Shown here one piece after another: positions 43,002-53,224 of a stretch of 64,000 bases of DNA. The DNA lies in IMG/VR virus record IMGVR_UViG_3300047539_000078, positions 78,019 through 142,018 of that record; one strand, 5' to 3'. This DNA comes from a virus (Duplodnaviria; Caudoviricetes). The notes beneath the pieces are model-generated. The model searched no databases, was not told the DNA's origin, and worked only from the letters and a program-made list of their open reading frames with translations. Made by a program: the position numbers and the translations under genes. Every line of letters starts with the position of its first letter. Position 1 is the stretch's first letter.

Positions 43002-43182
43002 TCTCGACTGTTGATGTGACCCGTGATAGGCGTATGAGAGCCACAGATTACATCTTTAGTTTTTCATTGGTGCATCTGGACACCGAGAAAAGTCCACGAG
43101 GTATTCATTTGAGGCTAATGATTTTTCGAAGGTTCGTTAAGCTTCTTTTATCTAAGTGGAAAGTGAGTTAAGGAGGACGCCT

Positions 43183-43392
43183 ATGAAGATGGTATTCATC
43201 GATGCTCAGTTCCCAGACTTGCGCGGCGATTGCTACGCGAGCGGCAGGGGTTCTGGTTCTACGACGAAGGCGGCTATAAGCCGTGCGATCGGCAACCTGC
43301 TGAAGGACGGCAAGGTTCGCCGCAAGCGCATCAGCACCATCAAGATGACGGTCAGCATCACGGAGGCCTCCGATGGACCGCAAAGCGCTTGA
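43183..43392 (+). CDS. Small hypothetical protein
   Basis: AAGGAGG RBS. Confidence 0.6.
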   Translation: MKMVFIDAQFPDLRGDCYASGRGSGSTTKAAISRAIGNLLKDGKVRRKRISTIKMTVSITEASDGPQSA

Positions 43393-44050
43393 AAAGCAGT
43401 ACCAGGAGTTGTTCAACCTTACGACTTGCCGCGTGGTGTTCCAGGGTGGGTGGAAACCCCTGTCCCCGGAGGAAACCGGCAATTGGGAAGCCCGGGAAAG
43501 ACTCGCAAAGGAGATGAGAATGGTCGTAGCGCTTCCTAGCGCCGGTCGGTGTCCAAGAAAGCCGTTTGAGACCCACGGCTTCGCGGTGGGCTACGAGCGC
43601 AACGGCATCTATTCGGTTGAGTTTGTCCTATCCAACCTAGATAAGCTTGCGGACTTCTGCGGAGATGTGATACCATTGACATCGCTCCGGTATCACACTT
43701 TCGCACTGCGTACCGATTGCGTGAATTGCGGCGTCAAGGGCGTCTACTTCGCCAAGGAGCGGTCAGCTCTGCTGGTGAAGAACGCCGGGACCATCGGGGT
43801 GTGGCGTGCGATGTACAACGGTCGGGGGAACAGGCACAAGTGGCATCTGAACATGTACGCCATCAAGGATGGCCGCGAAGTGCTCATGACCAAGGATCAC
43901 ATCAAGCCGAAGTGCCATGGCGGACCGGATAAACTGGAAAACTTGCAAACGATGTGCGCACCGTGCAATTGCAGCAAGAAGGATAATACGCTCGACCTGC
44001 GGTACAATTGGCGGCGGATGAGCTACATGCAACCAAGGGAGAATCAGTGA
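43373..44050 (+). CDS. HNH endonuclease
   Basis: CVNCG ... MTKDHIKPK..GG.D..ENLQTMCAPCN..K. Confidence 0.85.
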   Translation: MDRKALEKQYQELFNLTTCRVVFQGGWKPLSPEETGNWEARERLAKEMRMVVALPSAGRCPRKPFETHGFAVGYERNGIYSVEFVLSNLDKLADFCGDVIPLTSLRYHTFALRTDCVNCGVKGVYFAKERSALLVKNAGTIGVWRAMYNGRGNRHKWHLNMYAIKDGREVLMTKDHIKPKCHGGPDKLENLQTMCAPCNCSKKDNTLDLRYNWRRMSYMQPRENQ

Positions 44051-44551
44051 GCGAACCCACACAGAACGGCGGTGGTCCGCGATGGGCCGACTGTTCTTTT
44101 TGCGGAGGGGAGATGTATGCCTACGGATCACACACCTGCAACCCTAACAAAGTGCGGTCGCTATCCCCTTCTCCCAAAAATGCAATCGACCCAGAAGAGG
44201 TAGTCGCCCAGGAACGGATGTACGACCTCCGGGGCAAGATGGATTCCCTGCGGGCTATCATCGATCTGGCGGACAAACACTATGAGCAAACTATCGAAGA
44301 ACGGCGGGCTCTGCTCTACAAGTTTCCTGGTTTGCGGTTCGGGACACGGGAGAAAGCCGCAACGACATTATGATTGCTCTTCACACCGCGCTGGACAAGG
44401 AATGGAACGCCGCCGTCCGGGCGTGCCAACAATTCCTCCTCGACAGTCCGACGTACCAGAAGCACAAACAACTTTGCTGGTGCGAGATGTGCGCCTACGT
44501 GCGGGGCAACGTCACCGAGATGAACAACATACTCAGGAAGGAAGAAAAATC

Positions 44552-44926
44552 ATGAGAACATTTGTCTTCGGCAGCAACCTGGCTGGTCATCATGGAGCTG
44601 GAGCTGCCCGCGTAGCGCTGCTCAAGCACGGGGCTATCTATGGCGTGGGCATCGGTCCGTCCGGCAACAGCTACGCTATCCCGACGAAGGACGAGGTCAT
44701 CGAATCCCTGCCGCTTGACCGCATCGCCGGGTATGTCAAGAGTTTCATGGAGTATGCCGCGTTGCACCCAGAGAAGGAATTCCAAGTGACGCAGATAGGC
44801 TGCGGGCTCGCGGGGTTCAAGGCGGAAGAGATTGCGCCGTTGTTCAAGGATTCCCCGGCGAACTGCTTCTTTGATGAGGCGTGGCTGCCGTGGTTCCCAG
44901 ACGCTAGATTTTGGGGGACGTTTTGA
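44552..44926 (+). CDS. A1S_2505-family (macrodomain-like) phage protein
   Basis: FVFGSNLAG.HGAGAA, SYAIPTKD, F.VT.IGCGLAG. Confidence 0.8.
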   Translation: MRTFVFGSNLAGHHGAGAARVALLKHGAIYGVGIGPSGNSYAIPTKDEVIESLPLDRIAGYVKSFMEYAALHPEKEFQVTQIGCGLAGFKAEEIAPLFKDSPANCFFDEAWLPWFPDARFWGTF

Positions 44927-45115
44927 TACTTCTGGCGCAAATCCACGACGGCGGCAAGAAGCTCGGGCACGCCGTGTTCGAAGAGGGGCGGGTGCCGCTC
45001 AAGCCGTGGAACTTCGTGGAGTCAAACGTGCTGTGGTTCACAATCGCCAAGTTCTTGAATTTAGAGGATTTACCGGAGATAGCCAAAAGAGAAGGGGTTG
45101 GGGTATAATACGGAC

Positions 45116-45811
45116 ATGGCACACTGGGACGAAAACACGCCTTTGGATCGGGCTATCCCCTTTGCCGCCCGTGCGCACGCTGGACTGACCGATCGCACCG
45201 GCAAGGAAGGACAGATTTGCCACGTCCTCCGCGTTGAGAAGAACGCCCACAAGCTTACCACCGACGAGCGCGTATGGATCATCGCGCTGTTGCACGACAC
45301 CGTTGAAGATACGCCTGTGACGCTCGAAGATATTAAGAAAGAGTTTGGCGAGGAAATCATGGAAGGTGTCAAGTCCGTGACACGCGGCTTCCGCGTTCGC
45401 GGCGAGGACCGCATGGTGTTCACGCCGCCGCCAGCCGAGCAGACCTGCGATTGCGAGCACACGCGCCGTTGCGCGAATCCAGCGCACCTATTCGAAAAAG
45501 AGAAGTATCGCCACTTCGTCCAGCGCTCCAAGCAGCATCCTCTCGGACGTATGGTCAAGATGGCGGACTTGCAGGACAATATGGCGCGGATCAAGTCTTT
45601 GCCGGAAGACGAGTGGGGGATGCTGGAAACCCGGTACGAACCGGCGATGGCATTTCTGCTTGACAAGGACGCCACGGAGTTCTACACTCCTCGCCAGCTT
45701 GAACGGAAGTGCAAGTTCTGCCGCAAGCCTTTTAGCGAACATATCGGCCCTGACCGCGAATGTCCCGTGCTCGGGGATAGCGATTATAAATTCAAAGGAG
45801 TAAAACAATGA
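45116..45811 (+). CDS. HD-domain (p)ppGpp hydrolase-like protein (Mesh1/SAH) with Cys-rich inserts
   Basis: A..AH.G..D..G....H..RV, ALLHDTVEDT, VKMAD..DN. Confidence 0.8.
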   Translation: MAHWDENTPLDRAIPFAARAHAGLTDRTGKEGQICHVLRVEKNAHKLTTDERVWIIALLHDTVEDTPVTLEDIKKEFGEEIMEGVKSVTRGFRVRGEDRMVFTPPPAEQTCDCEHTRRCANPAHLFEKEKYRHFVQRSKQHPLGRMVKMADLQDNMARIKSLPEDEWGMLETRYEPAMAFLLDKDATEFYTPRQLERKCKFCRKPFSEHIGPDRECPVLGDSDYKFKGVKQ

Positions 45812-46048
45812 GCCAAGACAGGCATTACACCGGGGAATGCGTCGTGGATGCAATATCAAGTTCCAATGTCGTCATCGGTTCCCTTAGGACGGCGGAGCCG
45901 GAGTTCGACCATGCCGTCGTCAGCAGGACGCAGGAAGGCCGAGTTGAGTTCTCGTGCAGTTCCGCCCCGACGAATGTCGCTTCGTTCTTCGACACTCTTC
46001 GCCGTTGCCCGTTTTGCAGGAAGCACAAACCACTCAAGGGGTAATGAC

Positions 46049-46555
46049 ATGAGAAAACTGCCGGACATGTCGGGGGAGGCGGAGGATTACTTCGCCGTCG
46101 TCAAGCGGATGCTGGCTGAATGCATCAAGCAGGGCGAGAAGGTGATTCCCCTGCACGCTATCCTCACGCTCAATCCGGAGGCCGCTGAGTCGTCCGGCCA
46201 ATCCCAGTGTATGGTCGTCCCCCAGTGGGAACAGGGCAACGAGAAGGAAAAAGCCGCCTGTCTCCAGAAATTTGCCGACCTATGCACGAGAGATGCGGAT
46301 TGCGTCATCTTGGCTGGGTGCGGGACAAGCTACCAGCCGAGACTCGGGACCGCTCCGTCGCTCTTCCTGTTCGTCACGATCTACCTTCCCGGTTACGAGT
46401 CGTGGACTACCGGCGTGACCTATGCCGTGTTCGACCAAGACATAGTTTACGGGGATGCATACAACTCCACCGACCATATACTTGAACCCTTCGCGTTGCC
46501 CAATATGTGGCCGTACATAGACGACTCTAAAACTGAGAGCGGCTATGTCAACTAA
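46049..46555 (+). CDS. Hypothetical protein
   Basis: ORF in coupled run. Confidence 0.5.
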   Translation: MRKLPDMSGEAEDYFAVVKRMLAECIKQGEKVIPLHAILTLNPEAAESSGQSQCMVVPQWEQGNEKEKAACLQKFADLCTRDADCVILAGCGTSYQPRLGTAPSLFLFVTIYLPGYESWTTGVTYAVFDQDIVYGDAYNSTDHILEPFALPNMWPYIDDSKTESGYVN

Positions 46556-47096
46556 GCGCATGGTCCTGACGGCCATGTGGATGGACCTCGTAGGTTCGCT
46601 GAGCGAGAGCGTGGAGGAGCAGATCGAGCGGGAGCGCGAATTTTTTGAGGAGGAGTTGGGCGTCAAGTTGGATGTCCATACTCCCCAGAATGTTCATCAG
46701 ATTCAGGTAGGGACGGAGTTGGTCCTGTTTGATTGGGGCGGTGCGCATTTCAGCGGCAAGGATCATTCCCGCGACCTGCTCCGCTGGGCAGAGGACAACC
46801 CGAGTTCATTGGTCGTCGTTATTTCTGATTTCACTTACGACCGCGCATTCCGCATAGCGATTGCGGAAGCGCTTTCCGAGGCCGGGGAAGCCGATGTCGC
46901 AGTCTCAGCATCTTGGTCCAAGTCGGCGGGGGATCGTTACAAGACCCCGATCCACAATGTGGTAGTCGAGCATGCCCTTGAAAACTTCATCCCTGCATGG
47001 TTCCGCAAGTCCGTCGGGGCGGATTCATGGACAGGCTCGTTGGAGTCTATTTGCGCAGTCATCCCGGTGAGACAGCCGAAAAGGAAGCGAAAATGA
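46545..47096 (+). CDS. Hypothetical protein, possible atypical receiver-like domain
   Basis: ELVLFDWGG and LVVVIS alpha/beta pattern. Confidence 0.35.
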   Translation: MSTKRMVLTAMWMDLVGSLSESVEEQIEREREFFEEELGVKLDVHTPQNVHQIQVGTELVLFDWGGAHFSGKDHSRDLLRWAEDNPSSLVVVISDFTYDRAFRIAIAEALSEAGEADVAVSASWSKSAGDRYKTPIHNVVVEHALENFIPAWFRKSVGADSWTGSLESICAVIPVRQPKRKRK

Positions 47097-47435
47097 AAGT
47101 CAAATGCGCTTGGAAAGTCACCCTACAGGAGGCATCCAATGTTCGAACAGGACGATAACCAGAAGCAGGCACCACAATTCAACACGGTCGGCACCCCGTG
47201 CACCGTTCCCGGTTGCACGTCCGGCAAGCCCGCTCTTCGCACCGTGGGCAAGGAATCGTTCTGCCAGGTGCACACACCGGAAGCTTTCGAGTCCGCCGCG
47301 CACCACGACCGTAACCGTACCATCGAGCAATATGCCGTTGTGGGCGACTTCGAGCCGGAAATCGAGGAAGTGGATGATACGTTCGACTTCAAGATTGATG
47401 TTGAACGCGAAGAGGAATCGTAGTAGACTGCCTAT

Positions 47436-47696
47436 ATGGGTTTCTTGACGGTCTTGCATTGGATGTCCGCTAACTATGGACTCACCTTGATTCTGGGCGG
47501 GGTGTTTATGGTCTTGACAACGGTGTTCCCAACTTGGGGAGAGCCCGAGAAGCGATCATGGTCCTTGTGGATGCTGATGGCCGTCTTGTGGTTATTTGTT
47601 TCATGGAGCACATTCTGGCGCACATTCCCGCCGGGGGTTCCTGCGCCGCCGCACCCGACATACTATCTCTCGACCCATTTGGATATAAAGCCATGA
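47436..47696 (+). CDS. Small two-TM membrane protein
   Basis: Two hydrophobic segments. Confidence 0.45.
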   Translation: MGFLTVLHWMSANYGLTLILGGVFMVLTTVFPTWGEPEKRSWSLWMLMAVLWLFVSWSTFWRTFPPGVPAPPHPTYYLSTHLDIKP

Positions 47697-48034
47697 AATC
47701 AGAGAACAAAACCAAAATCTTCGTGCAAAGAACTGAGGACATTCCTCGGTGCGGGCATTGGGTCATCCTCGACAATAAATCGATTTATATCCCCGGCGAT
47801 GAGCGGTCACGCTCAGCTCCGGGACATGGCTATCCTGAGAGCACGGAGCGCTATGTCTCCTATGTAGCCTACTTGGATCGGGAGGAATTTGAAGAGGATT
47901 TGAAGCGGTGCTCAGAGGATTCCGAGTTCACTGGGCGAGGCATCTACGTCGCGGGATCGTACGCGATTCAGCGCACGGTGGGGCTCATACCCCCGGATGA
48001 TAGCCGGTTCAATACCACGGGCGGTTTCCGATGA
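47693..48034 (+). CDS. Hypothetical phage protein
   Basis: SIYIPGDERSR.APGHGYPE motif. Confidence 0.6.
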   Translation: MKSENKTKIFVQRTEDIPRCGHWVILDNKSIYIPGDERSRSAPGHGYPESTERYVSYVAYLDREEFEEDLKRCSEDSEFTGRGIYVAGSYAIQRTVGLIPPDDSRFNTTGGFR

Positions 48035-48053
48035 AACAAGGTACTATACACAA

Positions 48054-48554
48054 ATGAGCGACCTAATACCAGCCATCAAGTACGAAATGAAGAATCCGAA
48101 ATGGGATTTGCGGTTCCTGAAACTAGCAAAGGAAGTGGCTTCCTGGTCGCGTGATCCGAGCACGCAGACCGGTGCCGTGATCGTCCGTCCGAACCGTTCC
48201 GTAGTGTCCGTGGGATTCAACGGCTTTCCTCAGAACATGCCCGACCTTCCCGAGCTTTATGCGAATCGGGAGGAGAAGTATTCCCGGATCGTGCATTGCG
48301 AAATGAACGCCTTCATATTCGCATACGGGGATGTTCAGGGCTGCACGCTCTACACTTGGCCGTTCGCGTCGTGTGACCGGTGCGCCGTCCACATGCTTCA
48401 GGCGGGAATCAAACGATTCGTATTCCCGACCCTTCCGCCGGACAAAGTGGAACGGTGGGGGGAACCGTTAGCACGCACCAAGAAGTATTTCAACGAATGC
48501 AAGGTGGAATACGAGGAAATCCTGGAACAGTTCCCACCACGGGAGACTGAATGA
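48054..48554 (+). CDS. dCMP deaminase
   Basis: WD.RF..LA, S.DPST..GAVI, GFNG, HCEMNA, CDRC. Confidence 0.9.
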   Translation: MSDLIPAIKYEMKNPKWDLRFLKLAKEVASWSRDPSTQTGAVIVRPNRSVVSVGFNGFPQNMPDLPELYANREEKYSRIVHCEMNAFIFAYGDVQGCTLYTWPFASCDRCAVHMLQAGIKRFVFPTLPPDKVERWGEPLARTKKYFNECKVEYEEILEQFPPRETE

Positions 48555-48959
48555 CGGAGCCTAAATACCACTCGTTTTTCAATCCCCGTCCGACCAAGAG
48601 TCACGTCCTGCGTTCCAAGGTGTTCAGAATCCTGCGGGATTACCAGGAGGGCAAAATCAAGGGGAACGGCACCGTGGTCGGGATGCTGGACATGCCGCTC
48701 ACGGCGGTCTACGACAAGATCAACGATGCGATAGACGAGTTCCAGAAGCCACGGTCATAACCATGGATAAGCCCACATGGACTGAAGAAACAATGAACAT
48801 CATCAACAAGCTGACGCCGGACATCAAGGGCAAGGCATTCGACCCGGATTGGTTCCTGCTGCGCCAAAGATTCGAAGAATTCGAGGGAGAACGAACCCAC
48901 CTTTTGTACGTGATCGATGAGATGCGCCAAGGGCGGTCTGGCTGCCGCAGGGACAAGTC

Positions 48960-49490
48960 ATGATTCTGCCGATTATACTGTGGGACGACCCCGTCCTCAA
49001 GATCGTCGCCGATGAGGTGCCTTCTACTGAGTTCGGCCCGGACATTGAACGCATCGGCATGGACATGATCGAAACGGTCAAGGCGTCCGCCAACGGCGTC
49101 GGTCTCTCCGGACCCCAAGTCGGAATATCGAAGCGCATTTTCGTTATGGCGCAGTCCTCACTGACTAAAAAAGACGATTGGTCTTATCTCATACTGGTCA
49201 ACCCCGTCATCGCGCTTTCGTCGCCTTCCTGGCATGGCGGCAGCACCGCCTACGGCCTAGAAGGGTGCCTTTCGTTCCCCGGCCTTTACGAGCAGGTCGA
49301 GCGGTCGAATAATGTGACAATGACCTATCAGAAGCCGGACGGCGAATTCGTACATATCAATATGGCTGGATGGGACGCACGCATCGTCCAGCACGAGGTC
49401 GACCATTTGGATGGGATCATGTTCTTCGACCGAATCAGCCGCCAGATGCGGAAGAGACTAATGCAGATGTGGGAAAAGAAGAAACGATAA
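48960..49490 (+). CDS. def: Peptide deformylase
   Basis: GVGLSGPQVG, EGCLS, QHEVDHLDG. Confidence 0.95.
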   Translation: MILPIILWDDPVLKIVADEVPSTEFGPDIERIGMDMIETVKASANGVGLSGPQVGISKRIFVMAQSSLTKKDDWSYLILVNPVIALSSPSWHGGSTAYGLEGCLSFPGLYEQVERSNNVTMTYQKPDGEFVHINMAGWDARIVQHEVDHLDGIMFFDRISRQMRKRLMQMWEKKKR

Positions 49491-49547
49491 AGTCTAGCCA
49501 TTTCATCCCCGCCCGTGGTATAATAGAGGCATGACGGAGGTAATTCA

Positions 49548-49853
49548 ATGAGCGTGAACGCCATCGCTGAATACGAGGTCAAGTGCCGATACGCGGAGAC
49601 TGGTATCGGCTGCTTCCGGGGGCATCTGTACCAGCTTGGTCCCGCGAACCCTGAAGACCCCAACCGTCCTTCCCACGGGGAAGCGATCATGGTCCTTGTG
49701 GAGGGCGAATACGTGAAGTGTCCCTGCTGTAACGGCACCGGACTTATCCTAACGCCCGCTGGAACACAACTCGTGGAGGTGCTTTGGCGGCACATCGAAC
49801 CTAAGGTCGTGGACTTGATTCATCAGTTCGGTCCCGGCGATAAGAACGCATAA
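49548..49853 (+). CDS. Small Cys-containing hypothetical protein
   Basis: GGAGG RBS; CPCCNGTG DnaJ-like zinc motif. Confidence 0.6.
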   Translation: MSVNAIAEYEVKCRYAETGIGCFRGHLYQLGPANPEDPNRPSHGEAIMVLVEGEYVKCPCCNGTGLILTPAGTQLVEVLWRHIEPKVVDLIHQFGPGDKNA

Positions 49854-49934
49854 TGGTGGTGGTAATCATTTGCGGGGCTCTGGTGCTAATCGCACTGCTG
49901 GCACATTGGCTCACGTCCGGAAAATAGGAGACGC

Positions 49935-50447
49935 ATGACCTGCCCGATCATCTATGAGTTCAGTAAGAAGACGCCGCACTTCTTCTTGTCCAACTTCTAC
50001 CCGTGCAAGATCGTCCTGCCTATGGACTTCCTGCCGATAGAGGACTTTGCGTCCGAGCAATTGGGTATGGCGAAGGAGCAGGTGTACGATTCTACGGAGC
50101 ATGCGTACCAGGCGTTGAAGACCGTCGTCGTGCGTGAGCGGGAACTAATTCGTGGCGCTTTTTCGCCCGGAGAGGCGAAGCGCATCGGCGGCAGCAAGTC
50201 CATAACCCTTCGTAAGGGCTGGGACGGCCTGAAGGTAGGCGTCATGGACCGGCTCCTGGAAATCAAATTCCAAGTCCCGGAACTTCACCAACTCCTGTTG
50301 GACACGAGTCCTAAGATGCTGGTGGAAGGCAACTACTGGCACGACCTCATGTGGGGGGTATGCTTTTGTGCAAAGCATCAAGGGGAAGGACGCAATGTGC
50401 TTGGGAAGCTTCTGATGAACCAGCGAAGTTTGGACACGCATGAGTGA
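49935..50447 (+). CDS. NADAR family protein
   Basis: FLSNFY, EHAYQA.K, P.EAK..G, W...K...M, KF, LL.T, LVEGN.W.D..WG, N.LGK.LM. Confidence 0.92.
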   Translation: MTCPIIYEFSKKTPHFFLSNFYPCKIVLPMDFLPIEDFASEQLGMAKEQVYDSTEHAYQALKTVVVRERELIRGAFSPGEAKRIGGSKSITLRKGWDGLKVGVMDRLLEIKFQVPELHQLLLDTSPKMLVEGNYWHDLMWGVCFCAKHQGEGRNVLGKLLMNQRSLDTHE

Positions 50448-50947
50448 CACGGACGCACTGAGGGATTTGGTGAAGGAGTGGCGGAAGAAATACTACGATC
50501 CCAACTCCTGTGAAGGTTTCTCCGGCCCAGAGGGATGCTGTCACGAAGAATGTATGAACGATTTGCTGGCCCTCCTGCCCGCACTAGATCAGCTACAGGC
50601 GAGCCACGATTTACTCCCTGACTGCGACAGATTGCGCCATTCGATGGGTTATGCGGTCTGTCCGGCTTGCGCTAACACGCCGGAGAACAAGGACATCGGG
50701 ATATTCCAAAAGAACAGAGTTCCCTCCTCTTTAGGCGTCAAGTACTTCCATGCATTCGTGTGCTTACTTCTTTTCGCTGGCGGCATCTACGTCAATGCGT
50801 TCGCGTTTCTCCAAGGGTTGCTGTTCATGCTGCTGGTGCTTTGGAACATCGGCGATCACCCTATGAATGAATCATTTGAGGAGTTCTTTGCACGTCTCAA
50901 GCGCCGGTTGTAGCCCTAAAGAACCATAATCGTGGTATAATGGGATC

Positions 50948-51154
50948 ATGACACTCGCAGAACAGTACGCGGCTATCGAATCAGAAGATGAGCGGTACGC
51001 CTTTTGTGAAGACCTTGGCGGGGTGGACCACCCTTTTTCCGATGCTCTCCTGTTTTCCGACGGCTCCGTATTCGATCTAGATGAAAACAAGGTCATTCCC
51101 ACGGAACTTTGGAATAGAGAGATGGCTGACCGAGAAGCTATGGGGGAATGGTAA
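50948..51154 (+). CDS. Small acidic hypothetical protein, leaderless
   Basis: GTGGTATAAT 6 nt upstream of ATG. Confidence 0.6.
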   Translation: MTLAEQYAAIESEDERYAFCEDLGGVDHPFSDALLFSDGSVFDLDENKVIPTELWNREMADREAMGEW

Positions 51155-51719
51155 AGTGCTTACCACGGCTCAATTCGCGGAGAAGTACGGCGACCCGAGG
51201 GCCTACTCCTACCGGGGGCAGTTCTACGACTCCCGCAAGGCGTCTACAGCGTGCATCTGCGGTCGCCACATCCGCTTTTGTTTTCTAGTACTTACGCCGA
51301 CTGGTTCCAAAATCACTATTGGATCATGCTGCTTCAAGTTCTTTCTCCCGCTAGCTGAAGTTCTGGAAGCATCGCAAGTCCTTCTCTTGCATACGACTCT
51401 GGAAGAAATGAAGGCCATCCGGGAAACCCAGCTCCGGGAAGCCGCCGCCTCATCCCGTACCGAGTGGAACAAGCTTCGCCGCGAAGCACTGAAACGCATT
51501 AGCGCCTACCACAAAGCCACAGGGAAAGAATGGCTACCTGAGGTCCTATTTGACCTGAAAGTTGCCCTGGAAGCGTCCCTGCCGCAGGGACAGCCAAATA
51601 AGCGAGCCGTCCGATGGCTCCGGACCAAGGCAGAGGTCCTCAAAAAGAAGCTTGCTACTGCTGACGCATGCCTAGTATTATCAGTCAGGCATGAAGAAAA
51701 CGCTCTCAATCAAAATTAA
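51081..51719 (+). CDS. Hypothetical zinc-binding protein
   Basis: CICG..I...F.....IGS.C motif; start uncertain. Confidence 0.6.
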   Translation: MKTRSFPRNFGIERWLTEKLWGNGKVLTTAQFAEKYGDPRAYSYRGQFYDSRKASTACICGRHIRFCFLVLTPTGSKITIGSCCFKFFLPLAEVLEASQVLLLHTTLEEMKAIRETQLREAAASSRTEWNKLRREALKRISAYHKATGKEWLPEVLFDLKVALEASLPQGQPNKRAVRWLRTKAEVLKKKLATADACLVLSVRHEENALNQN

Positions 51720-52588
51720 GATCTGTGGAATCCAAGTGGAGAATATCGCCCTTCGCCGGAAGATCGTCGCCGGTCACATCCAAGAGGTGCGTGAACTCGT
51801 CATCACCCTACCAGCGTTCGGAACATTCCCTATTGACGACGATATTGTCGTTTCAATCTACGATTCAGCATCCCCGCAGCCTCGAAAGTGGGAGGACATC
51901 CCAGCCTACGCTCTTAAGGAAGCGCTGCTTCTCGGCAAGTTTACGAAAAATTAAAATACCAATACCGTGGATGGGGGTACAAAATAGATGCCGAGAAAGA
52001 AAGCAGCCCAAGTGATCCCGCCGCCGAATATGGAAGAATTCGAGGACGAATTCGAAATTGAACCGGAGGAAGTCGAGACGGGATCAAACCGCTCCGGTCT
52101 TGACATTTACGACGAGAACGGCAACCTGATCAGCGAGGGCGAACCCACTTATATTGAAGAAGATGAAGAAATCGAGTCTGAGGACTAGCTCTTCGGACTA
52201 GCTGTTCCTCTGTCATGGGAGGAACTGGACATGCGTGAGACTCTTCTCTTTGACACCTATGCGGAAATGCCAGCCGTTCTTCAGAAAATACTTGCCGCAT
52301 ATCCTGCCGCAAAACTGATTCAGGAAGCCCGAGGCGATGCCGACTATTTCCCAGTCATCATCGATTTAGGACTCCTTGATGATCGCACGTGGTTTGAGTG
52401 GAGCATCGACAACGGTATCTTCCCCTACTGTTCCCGCTTGGTAGTGCTGCTCGCGACTTCCCGGCCTGAATGGATGAGTTACATCATTGAATCCCAGCGT
52501 TACAAACAAGCTGCGAAGAGATTGTCGAGCAGCTAGTATTATACCCCCGAGGGCGGCTCAACCGTCCGAGTTCAGCAAAGGGTATAAA

Positions 52589-53224
52589 ATGAAAAAAGCA
52601 AAGTCAGAATTAGTGTTCAATTGTGCCCAGACACCCCCGTCACGTCCGAATGACATCTTTCTAGGTTGGACAATCACCAAACAATTTGAAGGAGCAGCCG
52701 CTAGCGTTATAGTGGCAAAGGTCCTCAACAGATCAACCGCTGAGATGCTCGTGAACCTATTCAACAACGGCTTAGCCAAAAAGTGCCCCGATTGCGGCTA
52801 CGCCCCGGGCGAACGTGGTGATGACAATTCCCCCGCCAAGGAAGTCCGGCAAGCGGAGTGTGATGATCCCGTGGCGACCACAGTGCTCGGATATTCCATC
52901 CTGAATCCAAGACTTCGGGCGCTTGGTTCCTCTACTAACGACGGCATTCGGCTCACGTGGCCAGGCCCCGCATTTCTGGGACACGAACCGACCGAAGTCT
53001 ACATGGGTCAGGAAGCAGTCAGCGATCATGTGAAGTCCTTGGCGGGCCGCATCCTCACTATCATCGACGCTAGCTTTATGGAAGGCAGCCAGCGCACGGC
53101 CTTCAAAAGCCTCATCAAGCGAGAAGTCAGAACGACCATGAATCGCCTCATGGATTTCTTCATGCCAGGAGTTGCGTACGGTCGACAGACGGCGAAGGAT
53201 GACGAAGTAATGCAGGAGCTATGA
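52589..53224 (+). CDS. Hypothetical protein
   Basis: Follows a TAGTATTAT element; CPDCG. Confidence 0.55.
   Translation: MKKAKSELVFNCAQTPPSRPNDIFLGWTITKQFEGAAASVIVAKVLNRSTAEMLVNLFNNGLAKKCPDCGYAPGERGDDNSPAKEVRQAECDDPVATTVLGYSILNPRLRALGSSTNDGIRLTWPGPAFLGHEPTEVYMGQEAVSDHVKSLAGRILTIIDASFMEGSQRTAFKSLIKREVRTTMNRLMDFFMPGVAYGRQTAKDDEVMQEL

Noticed and set aside
52540-52585. Hairpin GGGCGG-CTCAA-CCGTCC in a 5' leader as an ncRNA/riboswitch
   Set aside because: Single short stem with no recognisable family features
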